Virus record (IMG/VR): IMGVR_UViG_3300032605_002490
Coordinates: 1-35,224 of that record
Length of the DNA stretch: 35,224 nucleotides
Source of the DNA: a virus
Taxonomy: Duplodnaviria; Caudoviricetes
Direction: 5' to 3' (one strand)
Shown here: in pieces, positions 1 through 8,402 of the stretch
Position numbering within the stretch: position 1 is the first letter of the stretch
How the letters are laid out: each line of letters starts with the position of its first letter
The notes under the pieces: model-generated
What the model was told of the DNA's origin: nothing
The model's input: the letters and a program-made list of their open reading frames with translations, nothing else
Databases searched by the model: none
Made by a program: the position numbers and the translations under genes

Positions 1-573
1 GAAGTTGCGCGCAAGGTAATCTTGCCGCTAATTAAAGCTCCAAAAGATTTCAAAGCCCAGAAAGAAGATGGATGGAAAGAAGTGTCTTCGCAACTCACAG
101 CGGAGATCGGTAAGGGTAAAGTGGGAAAGGCGCGGGACGTGAAAATGATTGTCAGCGCATTGGAATTTGTGAGCAATATTCCAAACAAGAATATTGTTTC
201 ATATTCGGTTGGCCTGATTCGTGGTGGAAAACTTAAATCGCATTACAACGAGATACAGGCTCGGAAAGCAAAAAATGGCATTACGCAAGTGGGGCCGAAA
301 ATTGCCGCTTTCTACCTCCGCGATGTTGTTTCCTTGTTCGACTTGAGCGTCGATAACAATACAGCATTTTGCCTCCAACCCGTTGACACTTGGGTGCAAA
401 AAATTGTTGAAAAAATTGGTATCGCCCGATCGACCGACAAGACGGAAACGATTCAACAAGCGATAGTATCCATGTGCGAGAACCATAATATTTCGGCCCT
501 TCGTTTTAATCAGGGTGCTTGGTACACGGGATATTACGCCTTTGACATAGTATTGAACCTTCTCGCTAACTGA
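1..573 (+). CDS. HhH-GPD-like DNA glycosylase/lyase-like protein, 5'-truncated by the window edge
   Basis: Frame is open from position 1. HhH-like ITQVGPKIAAFYLRD followed by PVDTWVQK (Pro-Val-Asp loop of HhH-GPD glycosylases). Visibly AT-richer than the phage core. Confidence 0.55.
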   Translation, partial: EVARKVILPLIKAPKDFKAQKEDGWKEVSSQLTAEIGKGKVGKARDVKMIVSALEFVSNIPNKNIVSYSVGLIRGGKLKSHYNEIQARKAKNGITQVGPKIAAFYLRDVVSLFDLSVDNNTAFCLQPVDTWVQKIVEKIGIARSTDKTETIQQAIVSMCENHNISALRFNQGAWYTGYYAFDIVLNLLAN

Positions 574-586
574 AGCGCTTCGTTCG

Positions 587-1138
587 TTAGCGAGACAGTA
601 AATCATCGAACAATCCCGGAATAAAAGGATTGAGCGCCTTCTGCTCTTCGCGGAAGAAATCCGCTTTCGTTTTACCCATCTTCTTACCCTTGAGTGTGTG
701 GCAGTCGTAGGCGTAGTCAGGAATTGGCACATACTTGGGCGCTTTCCGCAAATCCGCCGCCAGTTTCTCCGGGTCGAGTCCCTTCATCTGGTCATACACG
801 AAATTTTGCAAATGATCGGCATCGCGGTTCTTTTTGGCCAGAGAAAGCAGAATCACGGCTTTGCTTATGAAAATGCGCCCCTTGGCCTCAGCCGCCGGCA
901 CGTTTTTGTTCACATGGAAATAGGAGTCGTGCAACGCCTTGATCTCCTGCGTCAAAATTCCCCAGCAGTCTTCGGCGCTCACGGTGAGCAGCCGTTTCCA
1001 GACATAATTGCCGTAACCACTCGACCAAAGCTCGATGGCCCAGTAGCCGGCGAGTTTGGCGTCGCCGCGCCGGAGCGCCTTCTGCATGGCCGAACTGACT
1101 TCGCCGAAATCGTAGCCCCTGACAGTCCGGAGTCTCAT
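587..1138 (-). CDS. RarA/MgsA C-terminal-like helical protein lacking the AAA P-loop
   Basis: SAMQKALRRGDAKLAGYW...WKRLLTVSAEDC and IPDYAYDCHT resemble the post-AAA region of RarA/MgsA. ATG at 1138 is preceded by GGAGG. Confidence 0.6.
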   Translation of the reverse strand: MRLRTVRGYDFGEVSSAMQKALRRGDAKLAGYWAIELWSSGYGNYVWKRLLTVSAEDCWGILTQEIKALHDSYFHVNKNVPAAEAKGRIFISKAVILLSLAKKNRDADHLQNFVYDQMKGLDPEKLAADLRKAPKYVPIPDYAYDCHTLKGKKMGKTKADFFREEQKALNPFIPGLFDDLLSR

Positions 1139-1298
1139 GTCCCGGCCTCCCATTGGAATAGTAGATGATGTTCCCATGCCTGAAGCCTCGTCGTCCGGGC
1201 TTCGCTGAGTCCATCTGTATTTTTCACCATTTTTGTCATCTCTGGGTAGTCTATACGCTGACAGCGCACACCCCCAATCAGAAAGGGGGGTGCGAATC

Positions 1299-2078
1299 TT
1301 ATTGGGCAAGGCTCACGCTTTGGCGGCGTGTAGCGTCGATGGCCACACGATCCTGACTCTTGTAATTCTCAAACCGGATATGGGCTTTCCATTTGCTCTT
1401 GAGGTAGCGTTTCTCGGCTGCGATACGTTCCGCGCTTCGGAAAAGAGAGTTGCCGCCAAGGTTCTTGTCCCGTTCCTGGACGAAACAAAAGCGGGCTTCG
1501 TTCCAGACGAGCCGGTTCACCATTAGTTCTGTCAGGGAGGCGTCGATGTCGCACTTGCATTTGAGCAGTTCATCCCACTTTGGCTCCTTGCCGATCACAC
1601 CAACCGCGCCGCCGACCCAGTGGTTGATGCCGAACGGATCGTTGCGCTGCAACAGACGAGGGTCGCTCCGCTGATGCCAGCCGAACAATCGCGCCCCTGC
1701 TCCGCGCGCGCAGTAGGCGCTGTTTTCAAGCATTGCGAGCGTTTCATCCGGTGACAGTTTTCGGCACCGCAACGATACCATGCAGACACAGGCCGAGATG
1801 TCGTCATCGAGCATGACGATGGCTTCCTCCGTAAAGCGATGGATGATCCAGTTGCGCACAGCACTCACCCCGGACACGGAATCCGGGATCGTGATTTTCT
1901 CCGGAAGCGGAACATGGCTGTACGCCTCAACCTCGCTTTCAGGAATTACCAGTGTTGCTGTCGGGAATAGCCGGTGGCTCGTGATCGCCCGTGGTCGGCT
2001 GCGGCTCATGATGACCAGGCGCAGGCTCAAGGGCAGCAATTCCGGCCAGTCCGGGTTGTGGAGTGGTTGCTTGTTCAT
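1299..2078 (-). CDS. TET-associated/GREB1-like GT-A glycosyltransferase (phage DNA-modification type)
   Basis: N-terminal SRSRP, RNWII, VMLDDDI (DxD), CDIDASL and C-terminal NLGGN ... LKSKW motifs typical of this family. Confidence 0.65.
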   Translation of the reverse strand: MNKQPLHNPDWPELLPLSLRLVIMSRSRPRAITSHRLFPTATLVIPESEVEAYSHVPLPEKITIPDSVSGVSAVRNWIIHRFTEEAIVMLDDDISACVCMVSLRCRKLSPDETLAMLENSAYCARGAGARLFGWHQRSDPRLLQRNDPFGINHWVGGAVGVIGKEPKWDELLKCKCDIDASLTELMVNRLVWNEARFCFVQERDKNLGGNSLFRSAERIAAEKRYLKSKWKAHIRFENYKSQDRVAIDATRRQSVSLAQ

Positions 2079-2739
2079 TTTGAAGAGCGCGTTTAGCGAG
2101 TTGGATCAGCCGCTCGCCTCTGATTACACGACCAATGCCGATTTTCTTGGTTTTGCGAGTGATTGAGTAATCAACTTCCTTCACACCCAGGAGTTGCAGG
2201 ATCAGCATCCAGTCCCGGAGATCGTGGAACATGAAGACCAGATAATCGTGATGTTCGAACGCCTGGCATTCCATCCGTGGGATCGTTTCCACCTCATCCT
2301 CGGGCTTTTCATCATAGAGCCGGGCAATTTCGTCTTCCATGAAGCCAGTGAGTTCCACGTCGAACGCCGGGTCGCTTTCCCTGATGGATTCGATGACACG
2401 CTTCAAATCGTCCTCGTCCAGTTCGGCCAGTTCCGAGAGGCGGTTGTCGGCCAGCAGATCGGCCAGTTCCTCCGCTTCGCTTTCGTAATCTTGATAATCA
2501 ACAGGGACCACCTCGACGCTCATGAGCAGGGCGGCTTCGAGTCGGCCATGCCCACGCACAATCAGACCGCTGCGGTTGCTGACGGTGATCGGCGCGCGCC
2601 AGCCTTGTTCCTGGATGATGGCAGCGAGAAGCTGGATCTGATGGGCGCTATGCTGGTTCGGGTTGACCGGGTTGGGCAGCAACTTTGCCGGATCAACCAG
2701 GGCATCATGGGCGCAATGGATTTTGAGACTCACGTCCAT
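1939..2739 (-). CDS. ParB/Srx N-terminal domain protein with C-terminal glycosyltransferase-associated domain
   Basis: LLPNPVNPNQH...IQEQGWRAPITV...IVRGHGRLEAA...LLADNRLSEL is a phage ParB-N signature. C-terminal HDYLVFMF...IGIGRVI. Start taken at MDVSLK. Confidence 0.8.
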   Translation of the reverse strand: MDVSLKIHCAHDALVDPAKLLPNPVNPNQHSAHQIQLLAAIIQEQGWRAPITVSNRSGLIVRGHGRLEAALLMSVEVVPVDYQDYESEAEELADLLADNRLSELAELDEDDLKRVIESIRESDPAFDVELTGFMEDEIARLYDEKPEDEVETIPRMECQAFEHHDYLVFMFHDLRDWMLILQLLGVKEVDYSITRKTKKIGIGRVIRGERLIQLAKRALQNEQATTPQPGLAGIAALEPAPGHHEPQPTTGDHEPPAIPDSNTGNS

Positions 2740-2792
2740 TTGCCGCTTGTCAATCTTGACAGACGGCGGGGCGATATGCGTTGATAGCGTAT

Positions 2793-3002
2793 ATGCCAAA
2801 GGCCGTGCTCAAGAACCTGCCGATGACCCACAAAAAGTTTGCGACCATGTTGGTCGCTTTCCGGAAACGGCATAATTACAGTCAGCGTGATGCTGCCGTG
2901 GCGCTTGGGTGCTCAAAGCGTACATTGCAAAACTGGGAGCAAAAGCGCGCAATGCCGCAGGGGTTCGGGCTGCAAGCCATTTGCCAGATTATCAAGGAAT
3001 GA
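2793..3002 (+). CDS. XRE-family helix-turn-helix protein
   Basis: FRKRHNYSQRDAAVALGCSKRTLQNWEQKRAMP; start uncertain (2793 or 2823). Confidence 0.85.
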   Translation: MPKAVLKNLPMTHKKFATMLVAFRKRHNYSQRDAAVALGCSKRTLQNWEQKRAMPQGFGLQAICQIIKE

Positions 3003-3021
3003 AGCCCAAAGTTTTGAGCAC

Positions 3022-3837
3022 ATGCCATTGAAAGACATCATTGCAGCCCAACACGCGTGGGCACGGAGCCGATGGTCAGGACACGTAGGTGCGCGCGCCC
3101 CCTCCGTCGAGGCAAATCTTATTCGTCCTCTATCTGTAGAGACACGAAGCGACTTTCAGGCGGCTCGCGGGGGAGAACTAGGGCACCATGGAAAGCCGGG
3201 CAAGATGAGTTCGTTGCGCTCTTCATCTGCCCTGAGCTACAACGTCTTTGACCCATGGCGCGGTGCCGATCTACGGCCGCTTGCCAACGCTCTCGGGGCG
3301 AAGATTCGAGGGAATGCACTTAGCTTCGAGCAGCAGTATCATCACGGGCTTAGCAGCATCCCACCTCACATCGATGTCGTGCTCGACGGAGATCAGATTC
3401 AGCCTCTTGGGATCGAGTGCAAGTTCACGGAGCCGTATGGAGACAAGAAAAGCCACGCTCCTCTCGAGGATAAGTACTTTTCTAACGGCAAGAAGCGATG
3501 GTCGGCCTGCGGTCTGCCGCTCTGCCAAGAGTTGGCGAGTGCGGTTGGACACGCAGTGAACTACCGGCGGCTATCCGCAGGTCAACTGCTGAAGCATCTG
3601 CTCGGGCTTGCATACACGACTCGCCAGTCGCCTCGTCTTTGGTACATCTGGTTTGACAGTGGATGTGAGGAAGCGGCGGAGCATCGGATAGAGGTTCAAG
3701 ATTTTGCTGATCGCATTGATGACGGGGTAACCTTCGTGGCAATGACCTACCAGGAACTTTTTGCACGGATCGATCCGGATATGGCCCCTATTCCCAATTA
3801 TTATTCATATTTGTCGAAGCGATATTTCACCGAATAA
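3022..3837 (+). CDS. PGN_0703-like putative PD-(D/E)XK restriction endonuclease
   Basis: SLRSSSALSYNVF, PHIDV...GIECKFTE, QLLKHLLGL motifs. Start taken at MPLKD. Confidence 0.65.
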   Translation: MPLKDIIAAQHAWARSRWSGHVGARAPSVEANLIRPLSVETRSDFQAARGGELGHHGKPGKMSSLRSSSALSYNVFDPWRGADLRPLANALGAKIRGNALSFEQQYHHGLSSIPPHIDVVLDGDQIQPLGIECKFTEPYGDKKSHAPLEDKYFSNGKKRWSACGLPLCQELASAVGHAVNYRRLSAGQLLKHLLGLAYTTRQSPRLWYIWFDSGCEEAAEHRIEVQDFADRIDDGVTFVAMTYQELFARIDPDMAPIPNYYSYLSKRYFTE

Positions 3838-3863
3838 CAAATGGGCGCTCAACCTCTGAGTTC

Positions 3864-3881
3864 TCGTTGCGCAACGATCCA
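3864..3881. repeat. Palindrome TCGTTGCGCAACGA copy 1; 18-bp direct repeat with 33982-33999
   Basis: TCGTTGCGCAACGATCCA read directly at both positions. Confidence 0.9.
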
Positions 3882-3885
3882 GAGA

Positions 3886-3905
3886 GTTGACGCGCCTCTG
3901 TTGGA
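3886..3905 (+). promoter_or_regulatory. GTTGAC-N14-start motif upstream of terS
   Basis: GTTGACGCGCCTCTGTTGGA|ATG(3906). Confidence 0.75.
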
Positions 3906-4502
3906 ATGGACGCCATTCCAGCGGACGTAGCAAAACGTCTTCTCAATCGGGACTTCGCCAATCTCATCAAACGGGTGCAGTCGGGCGGCAAGATCAGCCG
4001 CGCCGAACGCGCAATGCTGCAAACATTGGCATCCGGTTCGCCGTCCGACACGCCGCCGTTTGCAAAGGATTACGCCGAACTTTCCATCGTACTCGGTGTC
4101 AGTCGCCAAGCCGTCAACTCTTGGAAAAAATTCGAGGATGCGCCCAAGCCACGCTCGAACGGGCTCCATGACGTGCAGGCATGGCGGGAGTTCATGACAC
4201 GGCGCGGACTTAAAGGCGGAGATGTCGGCCCCACCGACGAACAATCCCGGCTGAAGGCTCGCAAGCTGCTGGCCGAAGTTGAGGATCGCGAGTTCCGGCT
4301 GTCCGTTCGGCGGGGCGAGTTCGTGGCTGTCGAGCAGGTGAAAACCGATTGGACGCGGCTGGTCGGCCAGGCAACCTCGCTTTTGCGGCGCAAATTTGAG
4401 CAGGAGTTGCCGCCGGTTCTCTCCGGCCTCGATGCGACCGGCATCCAGGAAGAATGCCGCAAGGCGATAGACGAGGTGCTTGCCATTCTCCACGGCGCAT
4501 GA
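3906..4502 (+). CDS. Terminase small subunit (Nu1-like)
   Basis: HTH AELSIVLGVSRQAVNSWKK, coiled coil, RGEFV motif; ATGA overlap with terL. Confidence 0.75.
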   Translation: MDAIPADVAKRLLNRDFANLIKRVQSGGKISRAERAMLQTLASGSPSDTPPFAKDYAELSIVLGVSRQAVNSWKKFEDAPKPRSNGLHDVQAWREFMTRRGLKGGDVGPTDEQSRLKARKLLAEVEDREFRLSVRRGEFVAVEQVKTDWTRLVGQATSLLRRKFEQELPPVLSGLDATGIQEECRKAIDEVLAILHGA

Positions 4503-6340
4503 ACGGGCAATTGCTTGAAATCTGGCAAGAGGCGTGGCGTCCGCCCGACCGCCGACCCCCATGGGCATGGGCTGAGGATCACGTCGTCTCGATTCCGTAT
4601 TCGCCGATCCCAGGCCGCTTCCGCTCCGAAAACTCGCCGCAGATTCGCGAGCCGCTCGAAGCCATTGTTGATCCAAAAGTCCGGCTTGTTTCGATCATCG
4701 CCTCGATCCAGTCCAGCAAGACGTGTGTGGGCGAACTGGCGCTTTCCTATATCATCCCGAATCTGCCGGGGCCGACTCTCTGGCTCGATCAGACGGACGA
4801 GGATGCGGAAGACCAGTCTGAATCCCGACTACAAAAGCTTTTCGAGGAATGCGAGGCTGTGCGTTCGCTTTTCCCTCGTGACCGTCATAAACGGCGCAAG
4901 AACACGATCCACTTTCGCAACGGCATGTCGCTCTGGGTGCTTGGCGCGCACAACAAAACCAACCTTCAGCGGCGCTCCATCCGCTGGCTTTTCGGGGATG
5001 AAACATGGCGCTGGCCGGTGGGGCACATGGCGGAAGCGGAGGCGCGGGTCACTGCGTTCGGCTGGCTGGGGAAATGCGTGTTTATGTCCCAAGGCGGCGA
5101 GGAGAATGACGACACGCACTGCAAGTTCGAGACAACCGACATGCGCGAGTGGACGTTTGCCTGTCCCTCGTGCGGAGTGCGCCAGCCGTTCAAATGGGAA
5201 AACATCGAATGGTCCAAATCGGCGCGCGATGAAAACGGCCAGTGGGACTTTGGTGAAGTCCGTCGCACGGCTTCGCTGCGCTGCGAGGGCTGCGGGTTGC
5301 AATTTGAGGACACGGACCGCACTCGGCGCGAGTTGAATATGACAGGACGTTTTGTTCCCCAAAATCTGCGAGCCGCATGCGAGAATGTTGGCTTTCATTG
5401 GAATTCGATCTCCACGATGAGCTGGGGAGCATTGGCCGAGCTGTATCTGCGCGCAAAAGATGTGGCGCGGCGCGGCGATCTCACGTTGCTCCAGCAATTC
5501 TATCAAAAGCGCCTCGCCCTTCCGTGGCGCGATTATGTTGAGGACTACAAGCTCGAAATCACCAAGACCGGGTACCGGAAAGGGGAAAGCTGGGAGGAAA
5601 CCGCCGGAGTCACCCGGCAGGGTCGGATTATTGCCGCCCCGTATGATCCTTCCGAAATCTCCGTTCAACTCATCCTTCTCACGGTGGACGTGCAGATGGA
5701 TCACTTCTTTGCCGTCGTGCGCGCATGGAGCGCAAACGGTTCGTCCCGTCTGGTCTGGAATGAAAAGCTTCTTTCCTACACCGACATTGACGCTTTGCAG
5801 GAACGTTTTAGCATCCACCCACAGCTTGTGTTTCTCGATGCCGGTCACGCGACCTATGACGTCTATCGAGAGTGCTCAAAACGCGGATGGGTTGCGCTCA
5901 TTGGCGACAAACGGCTGACGTTTGTGCATCAGACCAAGGCAGGCCAGAGCTTACAGCGGTTTTATTCGCCACGCCGGAAGGTGTCGCTCGGTCACAATAA
6001 ATCCTGCAATGTCCATTATTGGAGCAATCTCAACGTGAAGGATGCGCTCGCGCGGTTGCGCCGCAACCAGGATGCGAATCAAGGTCCGACCTGGGAAGTG
6101 GCTGACGACATCGACGACGACTATCTCGCGCAGATGGAAAGCGAGCAACGGGTGAAAAAGAACGGAAAATGGTTCTGGGAACAGATCGGCAAACGCCCCA
6201 ACCATTACTGGGATGCCGAGAACATGCAGATCGCCGCTGCGTTCATGCTTAAACTGGTCGGACGGGAAAGCGTGGAGTCCGGCAAGCCTTTGGATAGCGG
6301 AAAAACAACTTTAACTGAGGATTCGGGTAGTCAGTCTTGA
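4499..6340 (+). CDS. Terminase large subunit, lambda GpA family
   Basis: WAEDH, SPQIREPL, variant Walker A IQSSKT, Walker B LFGDE, CPSCG/CEGCG Zn knuckle, TVDVQ and NHYWD nuclease motifs. Confidence 0.92.
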   Translation: MNGQLLEIWQEAWRPPDRRPPWAWAEDHVVSIPYSPIPGRFRSENSPQIREPLEAIVDPKVRLVSIIASIQSSKTCVGELALSYIIPNLPGPTLWLDQTDEDAEDQSESRLQKLFEECEAVRSLFPRDRHKRRKNTIHFRNGMSLWVLGAHNKTNLQRRSIRWLFGDETWRWPVGHMAEAEARVTAFGWLGKCVFMSQGGEENDDTHCKFETTDMREWTFACPSCGVRQPFKWENIEWSKSARDENGQWDFGEVRRTASLRCEGCGLQFEDTDRTRRELNMTGRFVPQNLRAACENVGFHWNSISTMSWGALAELYLRAKDVARRGDLTLLQQFYQKRLALPWRDYVEDYKLEITKTGYRKGESWEETAGVTRQGRIIAAPYDPSEISVQLILLTVDVQMDHFFAVVRAWSANGSSRLVWNEKLLSYTDIDALQERFSIHPQLVFLDAGHATYDVYRECSKRGWVALIGDKRLTFVHQTKAGQSLQRFYSPRRKVSLGHNKSCNVHYWSNLNVKDALARLRRNQDANQGPTWEVADDIDDDYLAQMESEQRVKKNGKWFWEQIGKRPNHYWDAENMQIAAAFMLKLVGRESVESGKPLDSGKTTLTEDSGSQS

Positions 6341-6347
6341 TTTCAAA

Positions 6348-6365
6348 TCTCGTGTTGGCACGAGA
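6348..6365. other. Short perfect hairpin after terL stop
   Basis: TCTCGTG-TTGG-CACGAGA, without a U-run. Confidence 0.4.
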
Positions 6366-6390
6366 ATTCAAATAGAAATTTGTTGCCTGA

Positions 6391-6410
6391 GTTGACGCCG
6401 CGCCGGGCGC
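6391..6410 (+). promoter_or_regulatory. GTTGAC-N14-start motif upstream of glycosyltransferase
   Basis: GTTGACGCCGCGCCGGGCGC|ATG(6411). Confidence 0.75.
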
Positions 6411-7190
6411 ATGAACCAATACGCATCCCAGCCTGAACTTTTTGCGTCGGAATCCCTCCGCATCGAAGCCGTAACCTCCTGCATCGGTTTCGATGACGTA
6501 CTCGATGAGACGCTTGCCCGTAATCATCCGAACCTCGACACAATGATCGTGGTAACGTCGCATGAGGATAAAAAAACGCAGGAGGTCGCCCGCAAGCACG
6601 GTGCGATCTGCGTGCAGACCGATCTGTTCCGCAAGAACGGACGCCGGTTCAACAAAGGCGCGGCGATAAATGTCGGGTTTGATCGCTTTCAGTATCACGG
6701 ATGGCGGCTCCATCTCGATGCGGACATTCTACTCCCCGATAATTTCCGGCGCATCCTTTTCAATCACACCCATCTGGACGAAAACTGCATTTATGGTGCG
6801 GATCGGGTCGATGTGATCGGGCTCAACGAACTGGATGCGCTGGAAGCGCGGCTTGCCCACGAACCGCAGCATTCCTGGTCTGCGTTTCTTAATCCGGGTC
6901 ATAATCGGCCTCTCTCTCCCCGGTATGTCGATCCGCTGCGCGGCTATGTGCCAATCGGATTCTTTCAATTGTGGCACGCGAGATGCCAGAAGATGTATCC
7001 CTACAGTCTCGGAACCGCCGCGCATGACGACGTGATGTTCGCGGCGCAATGGCCGCTCTCCCACCGAAGACACCTGCCAACCGTGGTCTGCTACCACCTG
7101 TGTGCGCAACCGCCCGCGCTCGGGGAAAACTGGGATGGAAAACGCCGCCAGCCCCGGATTTCACGTTCAAATTCTGGCCGCGAAAGTTGA
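6411..7190 (+). CDS. GT-A fold (GT2-like) glycosyltransferase
   Basis: MIVVTS..D..T, FNKGAAIN.G, WRLHLDADILLP (DxD), IGFFQLW, HDDVMFA. Confidence 0.75.
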   Translation: MNQYASQPELFASESLRIEAVTSCIGFDDVLDETLARNHPNLDTMIVVTSHEDKKTQEVARKHGAICVQTDLFRKNGRRFNKGAAINVGFDRFQYHGWRLHLDADILLPDNFRRILFNHTHLDENCIYGADRVDVIGLNELDALEARLAHEPQHSWSAFLNPGHNRPLSPRYVDPLRGYVPIGFFQLWHARCQKMYPYSLGTAAHDDVMFAAQWPLSHRRHLPTVVCYHLCAQPPALGENWDGKRRQPRISRSNSGRES

Positions 7191-7205
7191 CGCCGCGCCG
7201 CAGGC
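7186..7205 (+). promoter_or_regulatory. GTTGAC-N14-start motif upstream of holin-like gene
   Basis: GTTGACGCCGCGCCGCAGGC|ATG(7206); the TGA in the motif is the upstream gene's stop. Confidence 0.75.
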
Positions 7206-7904
7206 ATGAACAAACTACTCGGCGCTAATTGGCGCACCACACTGAGCGGTTGGATCGCGGTTCTCGCATCCGCCATTGCCATCAATCCAAGTCTCGTCGC
7301 GTTTCTGCCGGAAATCGCGCGTAGTTACGTGACTGGCTTCGCTGGTATTATCGCGGTGATTTCCGGCGGAACCTTTGCTGCACAAGCGAAGGACAAGCGC
7401 GTTACGGGCGGAACCGTTCTGAATGATCAGACGCCTCCACCTCCGACACCAACACGGCAGATCACTCCGCTGATTCTCGCTGCGCTGATTCCTGCATTCA
7501 CACTTTCCGGCTGTGCTTGGATCAATGCCCATCAATCCCAAATCGACAATACCCTGGCGGTCGTGGGCACTCGCGCATTGAGTGTTGCCGAGCAGGTCTT
7601 GATTTCCGTGGCCACGGATGAGGCAGACAAAAATTTCAAAGCCGATTTTCTGGATTCCATAGCGACGGGGTTACGGCAGAATGAAACCACCATCGTCAAT
7701 TCCGATGACGTGGCCAAGATTGTGCAAATCTGGAGTCCAAACGACGGCGCAGCGTGGCAGCAATTGGCTGGATCGCTTGGAACCGTAGCTAGCAACGCGC
7801 TGGATGCAGCGGGTAAGGAGAAGTCCGCTGCCATTGTGGAAAGTATCGCCGTGGGTCTGAATGATGCCGCTGCGAAGGCACGTACTTCGGATTCTGCACA
7901 ATAA
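7206..7904 (+). CDS. Holin-like membrane protein with internal lipoprotein signal (putative lysis protein)
   Basis: NWRTTLSG plus two hydrophobic segments, Pro-rich linker, third hydrophobic segment ending in LSGC; directly upstream of the endolysin. Confidence 0.55.
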   Translation: MNKLLGANWRTTLSGWIAVLASAIAINPSLVAFLPEIARSYVTGFAGIIAVISGGTFAAQAKDKRVTGGTVLNDQTPPPPTPTRQITPLILAALIPAFTLSGCAWINAHQSQIDNTLAVVGTRALSVAEQVLISVATDEADKNFKADFLDSIATGLRQNETTIVNSDDVAKIVQIWSPNDGAAWQQLAGSLGTVASNALDAAGKEKSAAIVESIAVGLNDAAAKARTSDSAQ

Positions 7905-7908
7905 CGGC

Positions 7909-8397
7909 ATGTTTGATTGGCTTTTACATCTTTTTGGTTTTTCATCCCCGACCGCTTCCATGACTTTCGACGCACGCACCGAATCCAACATCAACACGCT
8001 GCTTCCCGCCGCGCAGGCCAAGGCGCGTGAATTCATGACGTCGTGTCTCGCTGCCGGAATCCCGCTCAAGATCATCTGCGGCACCCGCACTTATGAGGAA
8101 CAGGATGCTCTTTATGCCCAAGGCCGTACCGAAGCTGGACCAATTGTCACCAATGCCAGAGGCGGCTACTCATGGCACAATTTCGGCATCGCGTGGGACA
8201 TCGGAATTTTCGATGGGATTCGTTATATTGAAGAATCACCCCTTTACGCAAAAGCCGGGTGGATCGGAAAGAGTATCGGGCTTGAGTGGGGCGGCGACTG
8301 GCAAGGCATCGAGGATCAACCGCATTTTCAATTGAAAATCGGCCTCACGCTGGCGGACTGCCGGGAGAGACTGGCAAAGGGCAATCCTATCGCGTAG
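7909..8397 (+). CDS. Endolysin, M15 family (L-Ala-D-Glu peptidase-like)
   Basis: RTYEEQDALYAQGRT, VTNARGGYSWHNFGIAWD, GLEWGGDW, DQPHFQ; start 7909 or 7960. Confidence 0.9.
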   Translation: MFDWLLHLFGFSSPTASMTFDARTESNINTLLPAAQAKAREFMTSCLAAGIPLKIICGTRTYEEQDALYAQGRTEAGPIVTNARGGYSWHNFGIAWDIGIFDGIRYIEESPLYAKAGWIGKSIGLEWGGDWQGIEDQPHFQLKIGLTLADCRERLAKGNPIA

Positions 8398-8402
8398 CTC
8401 GT

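Noticed and set aside
382-387. GTTGAC inside the first gene, and others at 2662, 24158, 31833 and 32133
   Set aside because: No start codon at about +20; treated as background occurrences
1265-1294. Hairpin CGCACACCCCC...GGGGGGTGCG after the glycosyltransferase stop
   Set aside because: No U-run on the - strand, so not called a terminator; function unsupported
4706-4723. Variant terminase Walker A (IQSSKT) as a sign of pseudogenisation
   Set aside because: The ORF is intact with Lys-Thr and all other motifs retained; GpA Walker A motifs are variable
6054-6068. GGTTGCG-C-CGCAACC inverted repeat and half-site GGATCGTTGCGC at 1636
   Set aside because: Only partial or differently spaced matches to the palindrome, inside coding sequence; may be chance
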